From NCBI GenBank assembly GCA_963825865.1, contig CAWGVG010000027.1:64001-128000 (forward strand): 64,000 bases of DNA, read 5' to 3'. Source of the DNA: an uncultured Nitrososphaeraceae archaeon. Lineage in GTDB: Archaea > Thermoproteota > Nitrososphaeria > Nitrososphaerales > Nitrososphaeraceae. This document shows positions 45,649 to 58,154 of the stretch, piece after piece. The notes beneath the pieces are model-generated. The model saw only the letters and a program-made list of their open reading frames with translations. It did not search any database and had not been told where the DNA came from. Both the position numbers and the translations under genes were made by a program. Numbering within the stretch: position 1 is the first letter of the stretch; the number at the start of each line of letters is the position of its first letter.

Positions 45649-46410
45649 TTAAGACGCACTGGGAACCTCTTTTTTACGAGAGAGTGCTACAGCTGCTATG
45701 ATTATGCCAGCTACACCTGCTCCTATGCCGCCCATTCCTATCATATATGACCTATCAGCTGCACCTTTTAAATTCTGAATTGATTTCTGAGTATCCGCAT
45801 TGGATTTAGCTATTGTATCTATGCCGCCTTTAGCTGAATCAATATCATTTGCCAATTGACTCACAATACTTTGTAGTCTAGGCCCAATATTGTTATTGGC
45901 GGTAGTGATATCTCCTCCTCCTCCTTCTATTGCAGAGCTACTAGTAGCATCTGGAAAAGATATCTTTTGTTTACCTTCAACCAAATCAAGAGGGATTTCA
46001 GCATTAATTTTCTGCCCTTGTATTGTACCATTCATCACAAGGTTATAGGAACCAATTCTAGTTGGAATCATTTTGCCATTATACAGCCCTTCCGTTTCTT
46101 CGGAAGGCTCAAAATCAAGCGGCTTTGTGGCCCCACCGTACTTCACCACAATATTCATGTCAGCCAAGGCGTTTATAACAGCCGTTGAATTATTTTTTCC
46201 ACCGCTAGTCTGATTTACCTGGACAATAGCATTATTCAATTCTGCTACAAGTGCTGGTTCATTACTCCAACCAACTTCAAGTGTAATATTGCCAAACTTC
46301 TTAGTTATGTGGGCATATGCCAGTTCAGCATTAGAAAAAGAAAAAGCCAAAATAATAATAATTAAGGCAAACAATGTTATTGGTAATAATGCAATTTTTG
46401 TTTGTAACAT
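45649..46410 (-). CDS. Membrane-anchored secreted protein with predicted N-terminal His
   Basis: AYA-HITKK, VGWSNEP, coiled coil, C-terminal TM; divergent from the copCD fusion. Confidence 0.85.
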   Translation of the reverse strand: MLQTKIALLPITLFALIIIILAFSFSNAELAYAHITKKFGNITLEVGWSNEPALVAELNNAIVQVNQTSGGKNNSTAVINALADMNIVVKYGGATKPLDFEPSEETEGLYNGKMIPTRIGSYNLVMNGTIQGQKINAEIPLDLVEGKQKISFPDATSSSAIEGGGGDITTANNNIGPRLQSIVSQLANDIDSAKGGIDTIAKSNADTQKSIQNLKGAADRSYMIGMGGIGAGVAGIIIAAVALSRKKEVPSAS

Positions 46411-46454
46411 ACAAATTGAATCTGCACATTCTTTATTATATTCTTTAGGCGTGG

Positions 46455-46474
46455 TTCGATAGTTGTACTATAAA
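46455..46474 (+). promoter_or_regulatory. Motif TTCGATAGTTGTACTATAAA, copy 3
   Basis: In the divergent promoter, 39 nt before the copCD ORF start. Confidence 0.7.
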
Positions 46475-46512
46475 AACAGGAAAAATCAAATACCATGATA
46501 TCCAAAATGTAA

Positions 46513-49500
46513 TTGTATACTCCTATGGGTATGAGGCCATCTCACATGTCATCGTCTTGCGTTATTATTGCATTTGTTATTATTATTATTGGCATTACAT
46601 CAATGGTGGTGTTACTAACTTTCTTTCCTAATGGTATGCCCAAAGCCTACGCTCATGCTTTCACAATAAAAAGTGACCCATCACCTTCACAATCCTTACC
46701 AACATCACCGTCCAACGTGGATGTTTTTTTTAGCGAACCTGTAGACCTGCGTTATAGTACAATAAAGGTTCTGGATGCGAGTGGCAAGCAAGTAGATAAT
46801 AAAAATGCGCACAGTATAGGTGGCGACCCAGCAACGCTAAGTGTAACACTTCCTTCTGGTCTAAAAGATGGAATATATACAGTTTCTACGAAGGTTCTTT
46901 CTGCTACAGATGGTCATGTAGTAGACAGTGCTTTTGTATTTGGTATAGGCCAAGCCGCAGTTCCATTGCAACAGTCTTCAGGGTACTCCATCTGGTTCCC
47001 AATCCCAGCTCTACATACCTAATGCAATAGCAAGGTTTCCTGCATATGTCGGCCAGGTCCTAGTAGTAGGAGCTGCCTTTGTAACTCTTTGGCTATGGAG
47101 ACCAATTTCAAAAATTAGCTGGTTAAAAGATACTCTTGCGCCTGTTCGTAACAGAATTGATAGAAGTTTGATTATTCTGATGGTAATTGGCTCAGTCATT
47201 CTAATAGTCTCTGATTTTGGAATTATTTATGTTCAGGCAAAAGAACTCGGTACCGGAATTAGTGAAGCTATTGGAACTAAATTTGGCGGCGTATGGGTTA
47301 TGAGAACAATAGAATCTCTAATATTACTTGCTGTTTCTTTGGGAATATATTTTAGGAGAGTATGGAGGAAGAAGCCAGGCCTTATAACTCCTCCTTCAAA
47401 AGGAGAGATTACGAGCTTATTTGCAATAGGCCTTACAGTACTGGCGACTACTACTTTAATAGGTCATGGTGCCACTAGTGGTCAACTACTACCAATTGCA
47501 ATTGACTTTATACATAATCTTGCCAGCTTCTCTTTGGATTGGTGGAATAATCTATCTAGCATTTATAGTCGCCCCAAAGTTAAGACAGGCTACAACATTG
47601 GAAGAAAATGTTAAAGCATCTGCCTTGTCAATAATTATTCCACGATTTTCTACAGTTCCTGTAACTATTTTGGGCGTGATAGTTGTTACTGGTCCATTTC
47701 TGTTATACTTTATTGAAAGTAATCTTGATTTAACATTGGCTTCATTGTACGGAAAATGGCTTATTATAAAACTCTCACTTGCAGCAATAATGATTGCAAT
47801 AGGAGGATACAATCAACGAATAATACAGAGAGACGCTCTCAGGCTTGCTACTGCTAGCGTCGCAGCAACTATCAAAAGTACTGGAAGAGGAAGAGGAGGA
47901 GGCAGAGAACAAGTTGAGGTTGATCGCAATAATAATAATAATAAGAACCGATCATCAAAGAACTCTAAAAGATCTATTGTTTCTAAATTCAATAGAAGCG
48001 CAAAGGCAGAAGCAATAGTTGGTATTGCATTGCTTGCCGCTGTGGCACTGCTAGTAAATACAGGAACCCCAGGGAGCGAGTTTCAAGGTCAGCAACAACA
48101 ACAACAATCAACAAATACTTCAACCACAGCAAATGCGATAACAGCTATAGTATCTCAGCAACAACAACAACAACATTTTACATCAACAAGATTTGTAGAA
48201 GATGGCAGCAGGGTGATCCTGTCAATCGACCCATTTACACCAGGTAATAACAATTTTAAAATTTCATTTTTAGATTCACACAAAAATCCTATAGATATAA
48301 AGTCAGCACAGATAAGGTATACCCAGACAGAAAAAGGAATAGGCCCAATTAATATAGATACTACACAAGTTTCCAAAGGAGTATTTTCTGCTAACGCTGC
48401 TTTTGGTTTACCTGGAAAATGGAATTTAGAGATTGAAGGAGTTCAAACCAAGGCAAATGCGTTGAACATTGTTACAAGTTATGATCTATTCGTAAAACCA
48501 AATTTAGACCAATTAAATTTTAATATTCAAGAACAAAAAATGCCGCAGAACGACAGTCAGCCACTTTATCCTGTATATGATAAAAGTAGAAATGCAATAT
48601 GGGTTGGAGACACAGTTATAGATAGTGGAAGAATATTTGAATATAATTTAAACTCTAACAAATATGTAGAACATAAAGTCGCTGGCACTAGCATTGTAAC
48701 TATTATGGCTCTAGATTCGCACAATCAATTATGGTTTATTGATCCATTAATGAAAAACCTCGGTCAGTACAATACTACAACTGGGACCATTAAATTATAC
48801 AAAATTCCTAGCCAAGGGGTTATATCAGGTATTACAGTTAACCCAAACAACAATAACATCTGGATTACATCTCCAGCTACTAACGAGGTGCTAAGGTTTA
48901 ATCCTCAGGCAAAGAACTTTACAGGCTTTAATTTGCCAACTGCAAATGCCCAACCATTTGGTATTATAGCAGATCAAACTTCTGGACAGCTGTGGATAGC
49001 AGAAGGAATAGGAAAACTGGCTAACATAGATCCTACACACAACTATAAAATTAGTGAATATGCTCCTACTCCTGCTACTACAGGCCAGAATAATACACTT
49101 AAAAGCCCTACTGCCCTATTTACTGATCCTATTACAGGTGATATCTATATCTCCCAGCACGATGGTCATACGGTATCTATTTTCAGTCCATTGCTCAAGA
49201 CATTCAAAGATTTTCCACCACTTGATCCAAATGGATTGCCATTTGGAATGGCAATGGATAGTTATCATAACTTGTGGGTTGCTGAACATACGATAAATAA
49301 AATCGCAGTAATAGATCCACGAACTGGGGCAAGCAAAGAAGTGACTATACCTAATCAAAGTCCTTTCGTTCAATGGGTTACTGCAGATTCTAAAGGGAAT
49401 ATCTGGTTAGCAGAGCAGCGAGGAAGTTCTCTTGGTGTTGTAACAGCTACTACAAAGCTTACACAGTCTAACGTTGGAGGAGACCAAACAAGCAATAAAA

Positions 49501-49667
49501 ACAACAACAACAAACCCGATATTCATCGACTGGCTTTCAGCTATGCTGATGTTGTGGGTCCTTCTGTGGCAGCCGGAATAATAGTTAGTGCTCTTTTCTA
49601 CACAAAAAGCATCATTGATTTGAATAACAGTGTAAGGCAGGTAAAGAAGAACATCCGCACTCAATAA
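46513..49667 (+). CDS. CopC-CopD-YtkA-like-beta-propeller (Vgb-like) fusion; two frameshifts
   Basis: AYA-HAFTIKSDP...FSEPV...SATDGHV (CopC); GHG...IHNLA.SLWIGG, RFS, YGKWLIIK (CopD); PFTPGNN...GKWNL; propeller repeats with LW(I/V)AE. Confidence 0.88.
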
Positions 49668-49899
49668 ATAAGCTGTCATTATATCTGAAAAAAAAATTAA
49701 AACACCGCCTATTGTGCATTTATGCTGATGATGCTTTGCCTTGGCTCAGTAGAAATCATCATCGATTAGTATAATAAGATTGATTAATCTGTGCATGATA
49801 TTTTTATGTTCCCAGTTAGAACTTTGCCTGGATAATATATCTTGGCATCTTATGTATGTCAACTTTCAATATATATTGCAGCGGTAGTTGCTTGTCTTA

Positions 49900-50473
49900 T
49901 CAAGGAAAACGTAGATCTAGATTCTTCTTTTTGAACCTGTTTGCTATCAAAACTACGCCTAGCATTGCTGCCATAATTGAAGCTCCAACTCCTATTGGAA
50001 ATTCAGGTGCTACTTTGATAGAATATTCCGCAGATTCAGGTTTAATAGGATTAAAAAGGATTCCATATATGGGAATATTAATTGAGTAGCCTCCTAGGCC
50101 TTGAAATGTATAGGGTATAGTTACAATACCTTCTGCTGTATGAAGTGGTTTGCCTGGCTGACCCGCTAGTTGCGATGCCATGAATATCTCTTTGCCATTA
50201 TTATCTTTGATTATAAAGTCATAATCTATATGGGGCTGTACTTTGTTGTCAGTTCCCTTCTGCAAGAAAGTTACTTTAAATGATGTTTGATTTTTATTTC
50301 CAATTGGTTCAGGCGAGGGTTGCAGAAGAATATCGAGTGAACCTCCACTTGTTGTTTTCTTCATGCCGGTCGGGGAAGTTTGAGCATGTATTGAGGACGA
50401 TGTAATGCTGAAAATACTTGCTGCCTATAACCAATACTATGAAAACAGCGTTTAAGGGGTTATTGGTTAACAT
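49900..50473 (-). CDS. PEF-CTERM sorted surface protein; frameshift in the signal region
   Basis: QPHIDYDF, LHTAEG, VAPEFP + TM + basic tail. Confidence 0.82.
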
Positions 50474-51328
50474 ATATTATTATTATATCGTAGAAATGAT
50501 TGGTTAAAAAAGTTATTATTTATAAGAACTGCCAAATAGGTAAATAATGAAATTGTAATAAATCGTCGTCATATCTTCTGAAAAACAAACAACAAAAAAA
50601 GAGGAGAATTCAATTTATTAATAAGCTGAGTTGAGCTAGATTATTGCGTTAAATATGCTACTGGGAAAACAAATACATTCAATGAGAATATTGTCTTAGC
50701 CAAGTAGTAATAATAATATTATTATTATCTTCTTCAATACAAATATATTTTTACAGATTTTTCAGCACAATACATTCGTCTCAGCCATTGTGGGTAATTA
50801 ATTCTCTTTCATGCTCTGAGCATACATGTTCTAATAAAATCTGGTGGTCAAAGAAATATCTACATCCACAAGGATATTCAATGTGTTTTTTTCTAAAATC
50901 ACTAGTTCTTTCCCGTTCTTGCTCAATGATCTCAGTCATTTATTACTATACTTTATTTTATGTTGGATAAAAAGATTTCAAATATTATATGAAAAGGATC
51001 AATGTCATGGTGGATGTACAACATACTTACTTTAAAAACGGAAAAAAATGGATGTAGTAGTATAATATTGAGAAATTCTATGAGATATGACAAGGTTTAT
51101 CTGTCAATTCTGCTCTTGACCGTTTAATATTATTTAGATGATTTCAAAACGATCGAATTTTTCCTAATGAAATAATATATAACCTCTATTATGTTTTATC
51201 CATAGACATATACCATCACTTGATCCAGATATTATCCACTTCAGCATTTATTTCAAGCAATTCTCATCTTTGAGCAATAGGAGCGTATATGCCAGACCAT
51301 CAGCACAGATGATGATAATAAAAATAAT

Positions 51329-52687
51329 TTACCATCCCATGGCCTTTGCAGATTTTGCTGCAGCGTCGTCCAGGGCTTGCTTAGGCTCTTTCATACCATA
51401 GAAAACTTGATCTAGTGCCTGGTGAATATCTTCATCTATATGAGGATACTCTGGTATACTGGGCCTAGCGCGAGCAATTGTCATCATGGAGATTAATTTA
51501 TCATAATACGGGATTGTTTGCTTCAGTTGTGCAGAATTAGGACCTTCTCCTATTAGTATCTGTGTTGGCGTATGGCCGTATTTTACATGCAAAGGTGTCA
51601 TTATTTTAGGGTCTAACACCAGCGTAATTAATTCCCATGCTAGGTCCTTATTTCCAGATGTTTCGGGAATGCCCAGCAACCAACCTCCCAACAAGGTTGC
51701 ACTCCTATAACTTGAATTTGGTGTAGGAAACATTGGCAGGAAGCCGACTTTCTGTTCAAAATTCTGCTTCTGATCAGTTGTGTTCAAATGGATGTGATGC
51801 TGTAATGCTTCTAACATCACTGCAAACTTCCTGTCAAGAAATTCCTTACCCCAAAAATGTTGTTTTTGTGGCTTTATTCCTGCATTAACCTGCTCTTTGA
51901 TAAATTCCATTGCTCTGACTCCAGTGCTATTATACGCTGGAAACCAGTAAGTTCCCTTTGTTGGGTGGCCATCCTTCTGCTTAATTATATCCCCTCCAAG
52001 CATCCAGAGATAAGGATAAAATGACATGTCTGGAGAATGCTCAGCGAGCAACGAGGTGTATCCTTCTATTCCCTGGGGCCTTAATGCAGCATTGAGCTTC
52101 TTTGCAGATGTGATATGTCCATCCCATGTCTGCAACGAGTTAGGATCTACACCTGCTTTATTTATAGATCCTTCCAATACCACATTCCCCTTAGGTCAGC
52201 GACTGTCCATATGCCATATATTTTATCCTTGTACACACCACCATCCCAGTTCGCTTCATACCAGTCTTTTTCTTTTCCCCAACTCTTGGCACGATCTGTA
52301 AGGTCAGCTAAAAATCCTTTTTCAACAAATTCTCCAAGCCAAATCTGATCTACAGACATTATATCAACAGGAGTTTGGTTAGCCATTGCCTTTAAAAACT
52401 GCGTATGCAAGTTCAGGTATGGAATCGGTCTATAGTCTAGCTGAATCAGCGATGTCTGGATGTCTGGCTCTCAACTCCTGCATTGCAGGTTGAAATAGCG
52501 TATTCAACAATCTTGGAGGATCACCTTGGTCGTCAACCACCGTTGTAAGCGTGACATGTTTTTTCTGAGCTGATGAAGATGATGATGATGCGATATCTCC
52601 AATAACTATTACTAGGCCGACTGTTATTGCAAGTGATATTACAAGACTAAAACGAGTAACTGTATGTTTGGTAATACATATCTTCAT
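51329..52687 (-). CDS. ABC-type sugar-family extracellular solute-binding protein; frameshifted
   Basis: DIMSVDQIWLGEF, RGMWYWKDL, TLLGGW, ARARP, EPKQALDDAA. Confidence 0.85.
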
Positions 52688-52806
52688 GAATATTCTAACA
52701 AAATGTTTTACGTGATTTAAGAGTTTCTGGTTTGTATGGCTTTGGCATGAACAACAAGAAAATTAAACTTCAGAAGAATCCTTTCAAATGAACGGGAATC
52801 TTATAT

Positions 52807-53120
52807 TTATTGAGTCAGAGATACTTCGATATAAACATCTTCAGGTATTTTTAATCTCATTAATTGTCTAATGGATCTATCATCTGCACCCAAGATCTAT
52901 AACTCGTCTATGAACTCTAAGTTCATATTTATCCCAAGTATTTGTTCCTTGTCCACATGGAGATTTGCGTGTTACAACCCGCATTTTTTTAGTAGGAAGT
53001 GGATGAGGGCCTTTTAATTTTATCCCGTTTTTTTCTCCAATATCCTTTAATTTCAGAACAAACATTTTCAAGAGTTAAAAGATTTGTACTTGTAAGTTTT
53101 ATTCTAGCTTCTTGTGGCAT
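52807..53120 (-). CDS. rps10: 30S ribosomal protein S10 (uS10); frameshifted
   Basis: MPQEARIKL...[38 protein letters not shown]. Confidence 0.95.
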
Positions 53121-53138
53121 CTTATTTCCACTTACTTT

Positions 53139-54454
53139 TTAGTTTGGATCGTATTTATCATGTAATAGTTTTAACTACTCCTGCAGCAATAGTGGTTCCC
53201 ATATCTCTTAGGGCAAATCTTCCAATCTCAGGAAATTCTTTAAAGTTTCAATAGCTAATGGTCTTACTGGTTTTATTTTTACAATAGCGGCATCTCCTGT
53301 CTTCAAAAATTTGGGTTTTTCTTCGACTATGCCGCCAGTTTTTGGATCAATTTTTGCAACAAATTCTGATAATGTTGCAGCAACTTGTGCAGTATGAGCA
53401 TGTAATACAGGAGTATATCCTGGAGCCATAGCTGTTGGATGATGAATTACAATAATTTGTGCTTCAAATTCTTTTGCAACACTGGGAGGATTATTCAGAG
53501 TTCCTATAATATCGCCACGCTATGAATAAGATTTTTTGTCAACACCCCTCAAATTAAATCCAATATTATCTCCTGCTTCTGCAGAATCCATTTGTGTATG
53601 ATGGGTTTCTATTGACTTGACATCTCCTGACACTCCTGCTGGCATTACTATAACTTTTTGATTTGATTTTATTATACCTGTTTCCACTCTGCCAACAGGC
53701 ACAGTTCCCACACCAGTAATAGAATAAACATCTTGAATAGGAATACGCAATGGTTTACCAATTGGTTTTTCTGGCGGTGTAAATGAATCTAATGCTTCAG
53801 CCAAAGTAGGTCCTTTGTACCAATGGCATATTTTCAGATTTTTTGACAAGATTATCGCCTTTCCATGCCAGAAACAGGAATAAAATTAACTTTAGCTTGT
53901 ATTATATCCCACCAATTTTAAGCATTTTTTCTACAATCTCTTTAACTTCTTTATATCGTGCTTCTGAATAACCAGCATCATCCATCTTATTTAAGTGCAA
54001 CTACAATTTGACCTACACCTAGTGTTCTTGAAAGAAAAGCATGTTCTCTTGCTTGGCCACCAGGTTCAGTAGCAGCTTCTGTTTCTCCTGGTTTAACTGA
54101 AACAACAAGAATGGCTGCATCTGCCTCAGATGCACCCGTAATCATATTTTTGATAAAATCTCTATGACCAGGAGCATCAATTAAAGTATAAAAGAATTTA
54201 GAAGTTTCAAATTTTTGAAAAGCCAAATCGATAGTAATACCTCTATCTCTTTCATCCTTAATACTATCCAATACCCATGCATACTTGAAAGTATCACCTT
54301 TTCCAGTAGCTTCTGATTCCTTTGCAAATGAGTCAATAGTTCTTTGATCAATAACACCCAAATCCACCAATAAATGACCTACAGTAGTTGATTTACCATT
54401 ATCAACATGACCAGTAACCACCAAGTTCATATGTGGTTTTTTACTTGCACTCAT
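53139..54454 (-). CDS. tuf: Elongation factor 1-alpha; frameshifted
   Basis: [48 protein letters not shown]. Confidence 0.97.
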
Positions 54455-54659
54455 AACGGGTAAAAATCATTAGGGCTTTATTTGTATTTCGTTAAGCTCT
54501 ACACTTATCATGATACAAAAACTAGTATGACTCTCTTTCAGTCGAGGAATTATGTGTAGAGTTAGGGATTATGGGGTATAACCATTCATGAATTATGATA
54601 AAGATACTCGTGCCATTACACACTCTTCAAGTATTGCAAGTAAACTTCCACCCATAATT

Positions 54660-55016
54660 TCATGATGTCTTGGACATTGATCTCTGATAGTCGTCTTCAA
54701 GTCGTACTATGTCTCTTTCATCAAATTTGCCGTATGATATTTCAAGGATAATGCAGTCGTCATTTAATGCTTTAACTCTATGCTTTGCTCTTTTCGGAAT
54801 TACGACATTTTCGCCTTCTTTTACGTAGAGTAGTTTATCTTCAAGTTCCACTTGTGCATTACCTTTTATAATTTTCCAGAATTCCCACCTCTCGTTATGA
54901 TACTGAAGACTGAGTCTAGAATTTGGATTAACATAAATTAGTTTGACAGTGCAAGGCTGGTTTTCATGAAACTTTTCAAATTTTCCCCACGGTCTAGCCT
55001 CCGAATAAATATCCAT
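54660..55016 (-). CDS. Type II phosphomannose isomerase C-terminal cupin domain protein
   Basis: RPWG, RLSLQYH, E.W, KHR, EISYG, DIVRLEDDY.R. Confidence 0.9.
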   Translation of the reverse strand: MDIYSEARPWGKFEKFHENQPCTVKLIYVNPNSRLSLQYHNERWEFWKIIKGNAQVELEDKLLYVKEGENVVIPKRAKHRVKALNDDCIILEISYGKFDERDIVRLEDDYQRSMSKTS

Positions 55017-55143
55017 ATAAAGAGAATGTAGAAAAATGATTTAACAATTACCATTTATAAAGGCAAGTTAAATGCTTAGAGCAAATTTCGCGGTTAGTGT
55101 CAATTTCATATTTATGTGTGAAAAAAATCTCCATCATGATGTA

Positions 55144-55202
55144 GTATGTATGTATGTATGTATGTATGTATGTATGTATGTATGTATGTATGTATGTATG
55201 TA
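55144..55202. repeat. Microsatellite (GTAT)14+
   Basis: Perfect intergenic tetranucleotide run, 59 bp. Confidence 0.97.
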
Positions 55203-55285
55203 GTATATGTTGTGTGTACGTGCCTAGTTAATTATACCATCTAACTTATTTTATACACTAAAACGGAATCCAAAAAGTAAGAGGC

Positions 55286-55531
55286 CTAACTTGTTCTATT
55301 GGCCCATGTTATGACAGTAAATGTACTCACAGCTGAACCTACTATCCCAGCTATCAATGCTCCAATCACTGATTGATTTAGAAAATTTGGCACGAATTCT
55401 GTAAACCATGAGGCTATGCCTGGAAGTGATAAATATCCCATGAATCCTATCACAAACCCAAGTAGCCAGAAGGCAAAAACTGCAAATCTCCTAGACAACT
55501 TTCTCTCTCCCCGTGTTATAGGTTTTAGCAA
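55286..55531 (-). CDS. Small two-TM membrane protein
   Basis: Two hydrophobic helices. Confidence 0.7.
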   Translation of the reverse strand: MLKPITRGERKLSRRFAVFAFWLLGFVIGFMGYLSLPGIASWFTEFVPNFLNQSVIGALIAGIVGSAVSTFTVITWANRTS

Positions 55532-56384
55532 ATACTTCAGAATTGCTGGCTTGATTCATATCGCATATGGATATATTTGATAATAAATTTGATTGTCAAA
55601 TTTTGTAAATATACTAAATATAAAAAAATGTCTACTTAATGATTTTTATGTATTATGATTTCAGTATTGTTATATCATGTCATTATGGGAAGTAAGTCAT
55701 TCGTAGGGATTCTTCGTTCTATCTATTTGCTCTAAAATCTTATTCTTATCACTTATTCTAAGTATAAAAAAATGATATAACCTGTAAATTTTTCTGGAAT
55801 TAACCACCCTAAAAAGAGCTATAACAACTCTTTTTTCCAAATTTTTTAGTAACATTTAAAATCCATCCGAAACTAATGATAGTAGCAAACAGCCGATTTT
55901 TCTCAAAATTGTGAAAAATTTTGTGTTGCGGGAACCATTTGATATCAATTGGGATGGATAGGGTACCGCGATTTTTTTGCAGTTTATTCCGAGCTTTAAA
56001 AAAGATGAGAATATGTGCAAAGTGATAATAATTGTAGGGGGAATATGGAACAACCTAAGTCAAAGGTTCTCAAATCGCAATGATGAAAGCTAGACCTACA
56101 GCTATCATCATGAAATTATGGCTGGTATATCCACATGCCAACTGCAACTATAAATTCAGAAATTGATACGACGTTAGATCACAGCCTGGACATTAGAATG
56201 ATAATACCAGCTGCGAGGAAAAAGCTTAGAAGAGGGGGAGATATATGGCTGTTCAACACACACTAATTCTTTATTGCAACAGTAAAATTAGTCGCACACA
56301 TTGTTTTTGACCTCACTATTTTGACGTTTTTACCAAAATTGCAACTAAGAAATATTATATTTGCAATTAGAAAATAACACAACA

Positions 56385-58154
56385 CTATTTTGTATCGGTT
56401 TTTATTGCTCTCATTTGCTGTTTATACATTGAGACTAATTCTTCAACATCAGTAGCATCCTCAGGTTTTTTATCATGTCTTATTTTACCAGTAAATTTCG
56501 GAAATCTAAGCGCCAGTCCAAATCCCTGTCTTATTGAATTTATAGCTCCAGTGTGGGAAGGGCTTAATGTAATTTCAGATGCGATAACTTCAATCACGAT
56601 TTTTGGCTCAAACCATACATCCATTTCCATTCCAGCATCAACTCTCGCATGTCTATGCGTGATTAGATGAGTTTCCAAATTGTCGAAAAATTGTTCAAGG
56701 TGTTTATCGGTAAAACCGGCTCCAACTTTACATGTACTTCTGAACATATCAGAGTTAGAATCATAAGTCGCTAACAAAAGAGCGCCATATTTTCCGACTC
56801 TACGACCTCTACCGTAAAGCGCACCAATTATGACTAGATCTAGTGTATCTGCAAGCTCGCTCCGGTATTCCCGTTTTAGTTTTACCCAAGCAAATTCTCT
56901 ATTTCCTGCTCTATATGTACTTTTGAGTTGTTTTATCATTAGTCCTTCACAACCGTTTTCTATGGCAGAGGCCATAAACTTGTCAATTTGCTCTGATTTT
57001 TCGACAATAATTTGTGGAACTAATCTTATCTTTTCGTTCCTTAATCCTTGGGTTATTTTTTTTATTAACTTACGTCGTTGGAGATATGTTAATGAAGTTT
57101 TATCATCTCCATCCATGTATAATACGTCGAAAAAATTCATAACAACAGGATAATTTTCCATTGCTTGTTTTATATCATATTTTCTGCGACGATGCATCAG
57201 TTCTTGAAATGGAAGAAATTCATCAGTAAGTGGGTTAACTGCTACAACTTCTGCTTCTAATATGGCTTCTTCTGTCTTAATTGATTTTATCGCTGCTTCT
57301 GCCACGTCAGGATAATGGTCTGTAATTTTTTCCAGTCTTCTAGAAAAGAGCTCTACTTTTCCTTTTCCTTTGTGTACTTGGATCCTTTCACCATCTAATT
57401 TATATTCAACTGCTCCCCTACCATCCATTCTCTCTAATGCTTCTTCTGCTGTACGTACACGTTCTGCCAGCATTGGTCTGATTGGTTTATACAGGGTTAT
57501 TTGGAGTGATCTTAGGGATTCAAGACCTTTTGTAGCTAATAGTTTGGCTACAGTTCCAAGGTCACTGGAAACATTGTAAGCATTTTCTAGTATCTTTCTA
57601 TTGGACTTGTCACGTGTAAATGCTAATGCCAATGCATCCATAACAGTATAATCTGCAATACCGAGTCTTAGTGTCCCCATTACGAATTTGATTATATATC
57701 TACTCTCGCGTGAAGTTGCATCGTTTAAAAGACTGCTGACAAGCCGCAGTTTGACTTCCTGTGAACCAGAGCCAACAGTCCTTGCGATCCTATCTAACGT
57801 TAAATATACTCTCTCAACAGTCATTTTATCTGAGAATAGAGTAGTTTGATTCTTTGACTTCATTACCTCACTAGCTGTATCGCCAAGGTCGCCAGTTTTC
57901 CTGTAGACTTCTTCTACGGCTGCAACGGTTAATCCTGAGGAATAGGCAAGTATACGAATAGCCATTTTTTCTGCTAAACCTAGTTCTATTCCTTCATAAT
58001 CCGGGTAGAGCTTCCCTTGAATAAGGTATATTACTTTGTCAATACTGTCAGATGGTGTTATTTTCAAAAGAGAGACTAGGTAATCAGTAAGGGCAAGTCT
58101 ACTGGATGTTTGCTCCATCTGTTCAAACGTATCTACAATAAGAGAGAAGTTCAA
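56385..58154 (-). CDS. lig: ATP-dependent DNA ligase
   Basis: EYKLDGER, EGLMIK, WVKLKREY, DLVIIG, LRFPKF. Confidence 0.97.
   Translation of the reverse strand: MNFSLIVDTFEQMEQTSSRLALTDYLVSLLKITPSDSIDKVIYLIQGKLYPDYEGIELGLAEKMAIRILAYSSGLTVAAVEEVYRKTGDLGDTASEVMKSKNQTTLFSDKMTVERVYLTLDRIARTVGSGSQEVKLRLVSSLLNDATSRESRYIIKFVMGTLRLGIADYTVMDALALAFTRDKSNRKILENAYNVSSDLGTVAKLLATKGLESLRSLQITLYKPIRPMLAERVRTAEEALERMDGRGAVEYKLDGERIQVHKGKGKVELFSRRLEKITDHYPDVAEAAIKSIKTEEAILEAEVVAVNPLTDEFLPFQELMHRRRKYDIKQAMENYPVVMNFFDVLYMDGDDKTSLTYLQRRKLIKKITQGLRNEKIRLVPQIIVEKSEQIDKFMASAIENGCEGLMIKQLKSTYRAGNREFAWVKLKREYRSELADTLDLVIIGALYGRGRRVGKYGALLLATYDSNSDMFRSTCKVGAGFTDKHLEQFFDNLETHLITHRHARVDAGMEMDVWFEPKIVIEVIASEITLSPSHTGAINSIRQGFGLALRFPKFTGKIRHDKKPEDATDVEELVSMYKQQMRAIKTDTK

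Noticed and set aside
52807-54454. Programmed frameshifting or real pseudogenisation of tuf and rps10
   Set aside because: These are essential genes with several scattered indels; sequencing error is simpler.
55856-56260. Possible decayed membrane-protein gene
   Set aside because: Only short hydrophobic pieces in shifting frames; no family signal.
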